This document shows positions 24,927 through 36,421 of a DNA stretch of 64,000 nucleotides, in pieces. The notes beneath the pieces are model-generated. The model saw only the letters and a list, made by a program, of their open reading frames with translations, was not told where the DNA came from and made no database searches. The DNA comes from Eledone cirrhosa (lineage: Eukaryota): the NCBI GenBank assembly GCA_964016885.1, contig OZ024744.1:125860001-125924000 (forward strand), read 5' to 3'. Position numbers and translations under genes: made by a program. Within the stretch, counting starts at the first letter, position 1; every line of letters begins with the position of its first letter.

Positions 24927-25386
24927 CTGTCTCTCTCCCTGTCTCTCACTCTCCCTCTATCCCCCCTCTCTCTCTCTGTCTCTCTCTCCCCCCCCCCTCT
25001 CTCTCTCTAGTAGTAGAGAGAGACAAAGAGAGAGAGATATAAACGTATAACCCTAACCAAACCCTAACCCAACCCTAACCCCAACCCTAACCCTAACCTA
25101 ACCCTAACCCATCTCTCTCTCTCACCCCCTCTCTCTCTCTCTAGTAGTAGAGAGAGAGAGATATAAACGTATAACCCTAACCCAACCCTAACCTCTCTCT
25201 CTCTTCTCTCTCTCTCTCTCCCCTCTCTCTCTCTATTCCCCCCTCTCTATTTCCCCCCCCTCTCTCTCTAGTAGTAGAGAGAGAGACAGAGAGAGAGAGA
25301 GATATAAACGTATAACCCTAACCCAACCCTAACCCTAACCCAACCCCAACCCTAACCCATCTCTCTCTCTCTCTCTCTCTCTCTCT
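24927..25386. repeat. Three modules of (CT)n-AGTAGT-(AG)n-ATATAAACGTAT-(AACCCT)n-like repeats; unit 2 at ~58869-59350
   Basis: tataaacgtataaccctaac occurs three times (~25038, ~25162, ~25303), each followed by degenerate CCCTAA repeats. Confidence 0.85.
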
Positions 25387-25524
25387 TTGTTTTTAACATT
25401 GTTTTGTTTTTCTTTTCTTTTCTTATTCAGATGACAAACGGCAGAGGATACAACAGAAGAAAAGAACAAAGATAATTATTATTATTATTACTATTATTAT
25501 TTGTTTTATTATAATCAAAATATG

Positions 25525-25880
25525 CTGTTAGTTAGATCTGCATTGTGTACATTTTATATAATTTATGCCAGTTCCTTTTCTGCATATCGAACATGGCCAT
25601 TTCCCTGACGGAATAGAGTTTTGTCCTCTTTCGTGACACAAAGTACAGCCAGCGGCATCATTGCGGACAGACTTAATCCCGAATTGCACTGACACACTGC
25701 CTCGCAATACGGAACACCGCACGTCTTTGATCTTCTTCCCGTCGATCAGCCTCCTTGCCATGCTAAGTACACCTGACGTCTAGCTTCTCTCTTAGCGGCG
25801 GCTTTATATTCTTCTCTACTCCCACTAATTTTCCAAGCATTCCATGCTAGCCTTTAGTCTCCAATGGCCCGATCTACCGT
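25525..25880 (-). pseudogene. RTE LINE fragments; duplicated and extended at 27432-27955
   Basis: SGKWPCSICRKGTGINYIKCTQC; the second copy also has MLHGSET...RRLERNEASMLRWMCNV. Confidence 0.7.
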
Positions 25881-26019
25881 GCTGTCCCACCACCATGTCA
25901 CTCTCTGTCTGGTTGGAACTCTGATCCAGCCACAAGTTTAATCAGTAGCCTGCAATAAGTTGTCACATAAGAAAATCGAGTTCTCATGTATGTCATACGA
26001 CTGTGAATCGTCTTCTTTT

Positions 26020-26240
26020 TCGTCATACACATATTGAAGGGCTTTCCTAAATTTCTATTTTAGTGAAATCTCTTTTAGCTTCCAGACCTTTCTTTTTTCC
26101 ACATCTTCCTGTATGTCTCAATCATACCTGGAGCTGTCCAACATGACCATTGAAATCCCCTGCTAGCATAACGATGTCTCCGTCCTGTCATTGTGGCTGT
26201 TTGTAAAAATTGCTTGTAAATGAAGTCTTTCTTTTCTTTA
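26020..26240 (-). pseudogene. RTE endonuclease fragment
   Basis: The minus strand encodes GDIVMLA/GDFNGHVGQ. Confidence 0.6.
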
Positions 26241-27149
26241 CCTAGCAGAAGCAATTAACACTAACCCAACTGTAACACTAACCCTAACACTAACTTATGC
26301 AGGCCTAGGTAAAGACAAGAAAGATAAAACAAGGAGTGATGCTTCTTGAATTTTGTGATGCAAGTGTTTTAACCATTTGCAAAACCAACTTCCACAAACC
26401 TGCCTCACTGCCGCCTAATAACCTACAAATCAGGCAAGCACAGAAGCCGGATTTCTCGGTAGTTAGGCAGCGAGACAGACAGATGGGGTGTGAAGTACCA
26501 GGGTGTGCCCCGGGGAGGAATGTTTCCCACAGCGTGGGTTGGTTGTTGGTGATGTCTCGGTTATCTTGAGACGGAGTGAGACGTGCAGGAATACTCTCAC
26601 GGAATCGCCAAATGAGGTTTATTTTTCAACATAGTCCCTGGAATGAAACAATGTGGTTATTAAGAAGAATTGAAATTAATGTAAGATTTCACAGATCTAT
26701 GATCAATCCTTCACAGTCAGCTTACAAAGTTTTCAGCCAAACCTTGTGTATTTCCAACATTTCAAACCCTATCTAGGACTACATTATCTAATGTACAGTA
26801 CAGTAGTTAGTATTAGTGGCTATCAGACATAGTGTATCTAAATGCAACATTTTTAACATTGTTTTTTTTTTCTTTTCTTTTCTTTTCTTATTCAGATGAC
26901 AGACGGCAGAGGATACAATAGAAGAAAAGAACAATGATAATTATTATTATTATTATTGTTGTTATTCCTTGAATCTCAGTCATTGATGTTGGTTAACTGG
27001 AAAGTCCGTTGGAATGAATATCAAGCCACTACCTGCAGCCTCAGATATTCAGGACGTATCGGAGGGTTCTTGCTGTTCCAAGCAAGCATGCCTTTTGAAG
27101 CGTTCCAAAAAGCGTGAAGGGGCCGATTTTCTTTAACCATCCCTGGAAA

Positions 27150-27360
27150 CTTTTGGAGATGGACAAAAAACTGGAACACAATAGACCTGACCTGGTGGTT
27201 GTGGACAAAGAAAAAAGATCGTGTCTGATTGTGGATGTGGCCTGCCCGTTCAACACGAGAGTGCAAGAGAAGGAGAGGGAGAAAATTAACCGATACCAGG
27301 ACCTAAAGTGGGAGGTGAAAAGGATTTGGAACTTCCATGAAGTCAAAGTGATCCCGATTG
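27150..27360 (+). pseudogene. Restriction-like endonuclease fragment of an R4/Dong-like non-LTR element; copy at ~61115-61325
   Basis: HNRPDLVVVDKEKRSCLIVDVACPFN...EKINRYQDLKWEVKRIW carries the RLE RPD..D..K..Y pattern. Confidence 0.75.
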
Positions 27361-27401
<41 letters not shown>

Positions 27402-27994
27402 TATTATTTGTTTTATTATAATCAAAATATGCTGTTAGTTAGATCTGCATTGTGTACATTTTATATAATTTATGCCAGTTCCTTTTCTACATATCGAACA
27501 TGGCCATTTCCCTGACGGAATAGAGTTTTGTCCTCTTTTCTACTCATCAACACTCATTCGTGACACAAAGTACAGCCAGCGGCATCATTGCGGACAGACT
27601 TAATCCTGATTTGCACTGACACACTGCCTCGCAATACGGAACACCGCACGTCTTTGATCTTCTTCCCGTCGATCAGCCTCCTTGCCATGCAAAGTACACC
27701 TGACGTCTAGCTTCTCTCTTAGCGGCGGCGGCTGTATATTCTTCTCTACTCCCACTAATTTTCCAAGCATTCCATGCTAGTCTTTAGTCTCCAATGGCCC
27801 GATCTACAGTTTCTGTCTCAACTCGTCTATGCTTGGTCGTTCCCGCACATTGACATTGCACATCCAACGGAGCATGCTTGCTTCATTTCTCTCCAGCCGT
27901 CGCATGTCCTCTGCAGTTGCTGCCCGTGTCTCACTACCATGCAGCATCGCGCATCTAAACCTGGCCCTTACCCTAACCCCAACCTCTTTGGTTT

Positions 27995-28835
27995 TCGTTT
28001 TCTCGACGGCTAGCCGCATTTCGTGATCCGCCTTTCGATTGCGCTTCCGTCGCGGCAAAAGAATTGCCTTTCCAGACCGCCGTCGCCCGACCGGACCCAT
28101 GATAGAAGACGTTCGTTACCGTTGGAGCAACGCAAATTACTCCTCGGTTGACGCCAAAAACGAACGCCTTCCCGCCTCGCGCCGCCTTCTCCTCGCCGAC
28201 CCTCAGCCTCGACGATTAGCCACTTTCCGTCACAGCAGTAGATACGCGTCCGTCGTAATAGCCGTCATTTTAACGCAGGAGAAACGCCTAATTGCCCTGC
28301 ACCGCGTTTGACGGCGATCTACGACGGCGACGATGCGCGCACTCTTCCTTGCTGCGACGAAGGTTTCGGCTTTTCGTCGTGGACCCGGTCAGGTCATGCC
28401 GCTGACCTCGCGTTACGGCGACGCGAGAAGACGTTCGTTACCGCTGGAGCAACGCAAATTACTCCTCGGTTGACGCCAAAAACGAACGCCTCGCGCCGCC
28501 GCTTCCTCCTCGGCCTCGACGATTAGCCGCTTTCCGTCACAGCAGTAGATACGCGTCCATCGTAATAGCCGTCATTTTAACGCAGGAGAAACGCCTTGAC
28601 GACGATATACGACGGGTCGACGACGCGCGCACTCTTTCTGCTGCGACGAAGGTTTTGGCTTTTCGTTGTGGACCCGGTCGGGTCATGCCTCTGACCTCGC
28701 GTTGCGTCGCCACCGCCGCGGCGGGCTTGGGTTTAGCCGTAGCTACCCTCGTTTTGCCAACGGCGACGCGAGAAGACGTTCGTTACCGCTGGAGCAACGC
28801 AAATTACTCCTCGGATGAGGCCAAAAACGAACGCT
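27995..28835 (+). repeat. Diverged, internally duplicated copy of the rDNA spacer/ETS-like sequence at 34951-36180; also at ~61963-62803
   Basis: Shares ttctcgacggctagccgcatttcgtgatccgcc, gaagacgttcgttaccgctggagcaacgcaaattactcctcgg and ggacccggtcaggtcatgccgctga with 34951-36180. Confidence 0.85.
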
Positions 28836-28913
28836 GAAGAGATATTGTCCATGGATATCGGGAATTTTACCCGCCCTAGATAGATAGATAGATAGGGATG
28901 TATGTATGTATGT

Positions 28914-28953
<40 letters not shown>

Positions 28954-29332
28954 GTATGTATCTTTCTCATTCTCTCTGTATGTATGTATGTATGTATATA
29001 TATATAATTATATATTTATAGACATCCTGAAAGCTTTTTAAATGTCTGAGAGATTGGCTAAATATGTTTTGCAGGTATGACCAGTAAGAGAGAGGTAAGT
29101 TATTTCAAAACAATTCTTTGACCATTATTTTAAGGTACTATCTCAGTGTATTTTTAAATTGACCTCTTGATAGGATGAAATGACCTGTATAATTTTTTTC
29201 ATATTTAGATGGAATAGAAGAAAAACAAGAAAAATGAAATGAATTCAAACAGAAAATATACACCAATGCCAATGGAGGTATGATTTCAGTTTAATCTTAA
29301 CCTAATGACCACTTTACAGAGTGTACTGGATA

Positions 29333-29415
<83 letters not shown>

Positions 29416-29869
29416 AGGAAGCTCCAACCGTTAAGGTTGTCTTTCCATTTATTAATATATTGTGTATTTACTCCACTAAACTGTTGAGTGCTTTATATCA
29501 GTTATAAAAAAATTTCAGCTTGTTGAATCCCAAAATAGTTGTTGAAACAGCCACAGCTCAGCCGTCGGGGTCCTGAATATTTATCATATATATATACGTA
29601 TGAGTGTGTGTGTTTTGAGAATTAATAATTATATAAACAAGTTTGTAATGAACAATTTATTTCTTATCAAAACTGTATAAACATGATATTATTTACAGTA
29701 AGAATAACAATAATAATGATGGTTTCTAGTAAAGGTGGAAGGCCAGTAATTTGGGGGAGGGGAAAGTTGATTAAATCGAAGAGAGAAAGAAAGAAAAAAC
29801 AGAACGGGAAGGAGAGGGGATGGCAAGAGGTCCGGTGTCGCAGGAGAGAGGGGAGGGTGGTTGAGCTTT

Positions 29870-30362
29870 GAGTCTAGGGCAAGAGGGCAGAAATGCTGCG
29901 CCCCACGGATAAGACGGCAAAAATATTCTCGCGGACGATGGCCAGAGATACCCAATGCAACAACCACCCAACCTCGCGGTGTTCCCTCCTCAGATGGGCT
30001 GCTGACTCTCCGATCTTTTGGAGGAGCTCGGCAGTACAAGGTCCAAGTACTCCTGGGGTCTCGACGTTGACTGGTGCAGAGAGGAAGTGGCCGGACAATC
30101 CTCGGTATTTGTTTATTTTACGTTCTTCTGCGAGGTGGGCTGCGATGCCGGGGTTTGTGACCGAAACGACTTGGAAACGAAGTTGTAGGCGGAGATTGTG
30201 TCGTAGCTGGTGGTGTCCCAGATGAGGGACCTACGTCCTTCGAATGGGAAGAGAGTGATTCCGTCGGGGCGCTTGCCATCTCCGGGACCTGTTGGCCCCA
30301 GTTGTGATGGGAAGCCAGCTGCGTCCAGGCTTCTTCTCAATATGTCGTTGACAACGACGTGT
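29870..30362 (-). pseudogene. CRE-like non-LTR element C-terminal RLE fragment, frameshifted; partial copy at ~63830-64000
   Basis: HVVVNDILRRSLDAAG..DGKRPDGITLFPF.GRRSLIWD, then VETPGVLGP and SLAIVREN. Confidence 0.7.
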
Positions 30363-30906
30363 ATCTATTCAATAATTATTTGAATATTGAAATTTTAGGT
30401 TTAACTACCTTTTAAACCAAATACATTAAGAAAGGCATGACCAACACCACATCATTTTTATTTCTATTTTGAAAGTAGGTTTATAAGTATTAAATTTCAG
30501 TAGATTCTTATATCCTTCATGGTGGTCTGGTGGGAGATACGAGAGATGGTGGAGGTTCTGGTCTGGGGTTCAATCCTGCTCAGGAGATACTCTAAGGGGG
30601 TTCATACTAAACTTCTTCAGTGTTTCTTATCTCTAGAGACAAATATATATACATAAGGTAATCTGGTAAAGTTGTTAGAACATCACATAGAATTCTTTGT
30701 AGTATTTTTTCCAGTTCTTCAATCTGAGTTCAACTTTACTTTTCTTCCATTCGGGGTTGATAATAACGTACCAGTCAAATACTAGGGGTTAATTCTTCCT
30801 CTATATCTCTTTCTCACTCTCTGTCTGTTTTATTAAGACCTGGAGAGGTGATGTACTCTACCAGGTTTTATAATGAGTGATGGGGTCATACCTGCCTGCT
30901 ACACCT

Positions 30907-31228
30907 CTGTGTACTAAGTGTAGCATATTATATCCTTGTTCAGGGCCTTCCTGACATTACTGTGTACTAAGGGTAGCATTTTATATCCTTGTTCAGGGCC
31001 ATCTTAACATTGCTGTGTACTAAGTGTAGCATATTATATCCTTGTTCGGGGCCTTCCTGACATTAGTGTGTACTGAGTGTAGATTTTAACATCCTTGTTC
31101 TGGGCCTTCCTAACATTACTGTGTACTGAGTGTAGATTTTAACATCTTTGTTCAGAGCCTTCCTTACATTACTGTGTACTAAGTGTAGCATTTCATATAC
31201 TTGTTCTGGGCCTTCCTAACGTTACTGT
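30907..31228. repeat. 53-bp minisatellite, ~6 copies
   Basis: ctgtgtactaag at 30907 and 30960, continuing. Confidence 0.85.
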
Positions 31229-32005
31229 GGAAATAGTAGTTTATATCCAATATGTAATATAGATATGGATTCTACAGGACTAAAACTCATTAATATGAGG
31301 GGTATTAGTAGATTATATGCCATATTTAATAGAGAAATGGCTTCTACAAGACTAAAACTCATTAATATGAGGGGTATTACAGTTTATATGCCATATTTAA
31401 TACAGAAATGGCTTCTAAAGGACTAGAACTCTTTAAATTGAATAAAATAGTAGTATATATCCTATGTTTAATACAGAAATGCCTTCTAAAGGACTCATTA
31501 ATATGAGGGTATTAGTAGATTATATAACATATTTAATACAGAAATGGCTTTTAAATTCAGGGACTCGTTAATTTGATGGAAATAGTAGTGTCTATGCAAT
31601 ATTTAATACAGAAATAGCTTCTACAGGACTAAAACTAATTAATATGAGGGGTATTAGTAGTATATGTGCCATATTTAATACAGAGATGGCTTCTAAATGG
31701 AGGTATCTCATTAATTCGATTGAAATGGTAGTGTATATGCAATATTTAATACAGAAATAGCTTCTACAAGAATAAAACTCATTAATATGAAGGTTATTAT
31801 TACATTATATGCCATATTTAATACAGAAATCGGTTCTAAAGGACTAGAACTCTTTAATTCAAATCAAATAGTAGTATAAAGCAATATTTACTACAGAAAT
31901 GGCTTCTACAAGACTAAAAATCCTTAATATGAGGGGTATTGTTAGATTATATACCATATTTAATACAGAAATGGCTTCTAAATGAAGAAATCTCTTTAAT
32001 TCGAT
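31229..32005. repeat. Diverged AT-rich ~70-bp minisatellite
   Basis: Recurring atttaatacagaaatggcttcta and cattaatatgaggggtatta. Confidence 0.8.
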
Positions 32006-32661
32006 AGTAATAGTAATAATAATAATAGTAATAGTAATAATACAGCCAATTTTCCACGCAATACTTTTAGTTAGCACCCCGAACGCATAATTGGGAATAT
32101 AATCACTTATTTCCTAATGTTTGTTGAGTGAGTTGGGAAAAAAAACTTGGGAAATATATTTTCAGGGTCTCAAAATCTTAAAGAGAAAAAAAAGTCCTGT
32201 GGAAGGTAGCAAAACAATTAGGAAGAAAATGGTTTGAAGTTGGTTGGTGAGTATAAGATTACAGTATCTTGTTGATTTCTATAAAGTTTACTTTTAACTG
32301 AATTGGTAAAAATGGATAAATTAGAAGACACAATATAATAACTAATATTGTCTTCTAAAACAGGGAATAAAAATATGTTGGTGTATTGGGGGGGGGGGGG
32401 GGTAAACATGTGAGTTAATGGGAATGTTTTTGTTTGTTTTTATTGAAACATATTCAATCTACAGATAGGTTGTTATAGTTATTTAGTCTCGGGTCTGCCA
32501 TTATCTGCAGATTTATAATTGAGGGGTGTTCCAGGTGTGACCACCCTACATTATTCCTAGAGATTGTTACTCCTTCATTCTTCAGTCATCTTGGTCTTCT
32601 TATGAGATGGTGGTGTAGTCTTATTTATTGTTAAGGTTATGGTCTTCCTTTGTCCACACTC

Positions 32662-32699
<38 letters not shown>

Positions 32700-32959
32700 A
32701 AAGGCTTCCTTCTCTGGAAAAAGATGATTTAATATTCACAACCATCTGTCTAATTGTTTTCTGATGAGAATAAAGTTAATCTTGCTTGTATGTCTACCTG
32801 ATCAAATGACTGGCTGATATCTTGAAGTCATTTACACCACAGAACTGTAGGAGTCTTGATCCCTCAAGCCATACCTCTAGCCATCATGTACTCCAAAAGA
32901 GTCTCACCTTGGTGCTACTCAACATGTCCATTAAATTTAGCAGCAAGGATGCCCTCTTC

Positions 32960-33730
32960 TTAGTGAGAGACAACTACAAGAGAGGTTCTTAGAGAAGAAT
33001 AAGCCACTATAGTTAACTTTTGTTGACATAGAGAACCCCGATCTGTCATCTGGTGGTCCTTAAGGAAACTAGGTGTAGGGGAATGGCTTGTGAGGACAGT
33101 GCAAGCTATGTACAAGGGTGCTGTCAGTAAAGTGAGAGGAGGAATTCCAGAAACAAAGTAGGTGTACATCAGGGTTCGGTCCTCAGTCCGCTCTTGTTCA
33201 TTATAGTCCTCCCTCCCTCCCTCCCTCCCTCCCTCCAAGCCATAACAGAGGAGGAGTAGTTTAAGACTGGATGCCCATGGGAACTTCTCTATGCTGACGA
33301 TCTGGTTCTTATAGCAGAATCAGTAGAGGAGCTAGCTAGAGAATAAATTCTGGCTATGGAAACAGCAGTAGTTGGAATCAAGAAGACTGAGAGTGAACCT
33401 AGCTAAGACAAAAGTGTTTATAAGTAGAAGAGAGGACAAAACTCTGATTCTGTCAGGGAAATGGCCATGTTCGATATGTAGGAAAGGAGTTGGCATAAAT
33501 TCTATGAAATGTAGTACGCAATGCAGATCTTGGCTACACAAGAGATGTAGTGGGATAGCAGGAAAACTGACTGACAGGTAGGGAGAAATACGTATGCAGT
33601 AGATGTACAGGGAAATTTGACAGAGATTGCAGTGATAGACACATTTTTCAAATGCAGGTGGGATCTATAGAGGGAGTTGATAGCTTCTGATACCTAGGTG
33701 ATCAGATTAGTAAGGGAGGAGGGTGATATA
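32960..33730 (+). pseudogene. Decayed RTE-clade RT region with downstream Cys-rich motif
   Basis: HQGSVLSPLLFIIVL, GCPWELLYADDLVLIAES, LRVNLAKTKV, WPCSICRKGVG...WLHKRCSGI. Confidence 0.8.
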
Positions 33731-34254
33731 AAATATATTGTTATCATGACTGTCTTTATTATTTAAATTACCTCTGTCTATTTACAGATTTTACAGAGTG
33801 TACTGGGTGCTTTTATGATGGGAGCAGCAACTCTATACGATTTTACAGAGTGTACTTGGTGCTTTTATCATGGCACATGGCAGCAGCAGCAGCAGCAACT
33901 ACGATTTTACAGAGTGTACTTGGTGCTTTTTACTCTGACATCAGCACTGAGGAAGTTGTCATATTTTCAGCTAAATTAATGAGTAGAAAAACCAAGTTTC
34001 TGCTACAAAAAATTCTCAGATTCAAGGGAGACATTCAGTTTAAGTATGGTATACTGTCACTAAGGCAGCAAATTGGCAGAGTCGCTAGAATATCAGATAG
34101 CATTCTTTACATTATTTGTTTCAGCTCTCTGTTCTCTCAATTCAAATCCTGCTCAGGTCAACTTTGCCTTTCATCCATACAAAATAGATTAATAAAAGTA
34201 CCAGTGTATTACTGGGGTCAATTCTTCTTCTAACTCTTCTGCACTTCCATTCTC

Positions 34255-34297
<43 letters not shown>

Positions 34298-34559
34298 GCT
34301 TCTTTAGAACACATCTGCTGTATTCAGACCTGGAGCGGAGATGGGCTCCACCAAGTTTTAAAAATTGCCCTTTAAGCGCTGTATGTCAATATGGTGCCCC
34401 TATGATTCCCTCCCTCAGGAGTTATGGGACCATAGATACTGTCAATTGTAAAGAATAACAGAGATATTCAGTGCTAGTGTGGTGTTCTGTCAGTTGTGGA
34501 GATTGATGAATCTAAACAGAAATATCAACAGCACTTTTCATTTCTGAGTAACACATTTG

Positions 34560-34722
34560 TTACCAAGTGCTGCATGGCTGGAATGAAAATCAGTGCTGTG
34601 AAAACCAAGACATTCATCCTCTCAAGGAAGCTTGTGCAGTGCACTCTACATGTAAATGGAGTCCCACTGAAGCAGGTAGAAAAGTTCATGTATCTCGAAG
34701 CTGTGTTCACGAGTGATGACAG
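34560..34722 (+). pseudogene. Short LINE RT C-terminal fragment
   Basis: GMKISAVKTK...LKQVEKFMYL resembles the LINE post-YADD region. Confidence 0.55.
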
Positions 34723-34856
34723 AGACGGCAAAGGCACAACACACAACAGAAGAAAAGAACAATGACAATTATTATTATTATTATTATTATTATTTGTTTT
34801 ATTAGTTTTATTATAATAAAAATTGTGCTGTTAGTTTGCTTGCTATACCATCATGT

Positions 34857-34950
34857 ACCCTAACCCTAAACCTAACCCCAACTCCAACTCTGACCCTAAA
34901 CCTAACCCCAACCCCAACCCCAACCCTAACCCTAACCCTAACCCTAACCC
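34857..34950. repeat. Interstitial telomere-like (CCCTAA)n tract
   Basis: ~16 hexamers, perfect at the right end and variant at the left. Confidence 0.85.
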
Positions 34951-35876
34951 ACGATAGAAGACGTTCGTTACCGCTGGAGCAACGCAAATTACTCCTCGGT
35001 TGACGCCAAAAACGAACGCCTTCTCGACGGCTAGCCGCATTTCGTGATCCGCCTTTCGATTGCGCTTCCGTCGCGGAAAAAGAATTGCCTTTATAGGCCG
35101 CCGCCGCCCGACCGGACCCACGATAGAAGACGTTCGTTACCGCTGGAGCAACGCAAATTACTCCTCGGTTGACGCCAAAAACGAACGCCTTCTCGACGGC
35201 TAGCCGCATTTCGTGATCCGCCTTTCGATTGCGCTTCCGTCGCGGAAAAAGAATTGCCTTTATAGGCCGCCGCCGCCGCCCGACCGGACCCACGATAGAA
35301 GACGTTCGTTACCGCTGGAGCAACGCAAATTACTCCTCGGTTGACGCCAAAAACGAACGCCTTCTCGACGGCTAGCCGCATTTCGTGATCCGCCTTTCGA
35401 TTGCGCTTCCGTCGCGGAAAAAGAATTGCCTTTATAGGCCGCCGCCGCCGCCCGACCGGACCCACGATAGAAGACGTTCGTTACCGCTGGAGCAACGCAA
35501 ATTACTCCTCGGTTGACGCCAAAAACGAACGCCTTCTCGACGGCTAGCCGCATTTCGTGATCCGCCTTTCGATTGCGCTTCCGTCGCGGAAAAAGAATTG
35601 CCTTTATAGGCCGCCTCCGCCGCCCGACCGGACCCACGATAGAAGACGTTCGTTACCGCTGGAGCAACGCAAATTACTCCTCGGTTGACGCCAAAAACGA
35701 ACGCCTTCTCGACGGCTAGCCGCATTTCGTGATCCGCCTTTCGATTGCGCTTCCGTCGCGGAAAAAGAATTGCCTTTATAGGCCGCCGCCGCCCGACCGG
35801 ACCCACGATAGAAGACGTTCGTTACCGCTGGAGCAACGCAAATTACTCCTCGGTTGACGCCAAAAACGAACGCCTT
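34951..35876 (+). repeat. GC-rich 169/172-bp tandem repeats (5.4 copies), probable rDNA spacer subrepeats
   Basis: acgatagaag at 34951, 35120, 35292, 35464, 35636 and 35805. Length varies by one GCC, and the array lies ~360 bp upstream of the 18S 5' end. Confidence 0.85.
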
Positions 35877-36234
35877 CCGGTTCGGGCGACGTAAAAGTCT
35901 GTAGCCTTTTCGCCGATCCTCGACGATTATCCGCCTTCCGAACAACCGCCTTTCCGCCGTCACAGCAGTAGGTACTCGTCCGTCGTAATAGCCGTCATTT
36001 TAATGCAGGAGAAACGCCTAAATGCACTGCGATTGACGACGATCTACGACGCGCTTACTCTTCCTTGCTGCGACGAAGGTTTCGTTCGGCTTTTCGTCGT
36101 GGACCCGGTCAGGTCATGCCGCTGATCTCGCGTTGCGTCGTTACCGCTGGAGCAACGCAAATTACTCCTCGTTTAACGCCAACATCGAACGCGCTTCGGT
36201 TCTCGGTCGTCGTTGTTTTGTTTCGTGCGGAAGA
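35877..36234 (+). other. Probable 5' ETS-derived sequence
   Basis: CpG-rich DNA directly abutting the 18S start (positional inference). Confidence 0.55.
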
Positions 36235-36421
36235 TACCTGGGTGATCCTGCCAGTAGTCATATGCTTGTCTCAAAGCTTAAGCCATGCAAGTGGAAGTTC
36301 ATGCCGTAAACGAAAATGGTGAAACCGCGAATGGCTCAGGAACCGGATCTAATCCTCGGGACCGTATTCCTCACCGCGAGGAGAGGATAACTGTGGCAAT
36401 TCTAGAGCTAATACATGCAAT
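36235..36421 (+). pseudogene. 18S rRNA 5' fragment (~187 nt), not a full gene
   Basis: TACCTGGgTGATCCTGCCAGTAGTCATATGCTTGTCTCAAAGcTTAAGCCATGCA...GTGAAACCGCGAATGGCTCA...GGATAACTGTGGCAATTCTAGAGCTAATACATGC. Lower case marks deviations from the eukaryotic consensus. Confidence 0.95.

Noticed and set aside
34811-35963. Repeated ~124-aa minus-strand ORFs (MGPVGRRR...)
   Set aside because: Products of the GC-rich 169/172-bp repeats, with GTG starts and a frame that shifts each unit.
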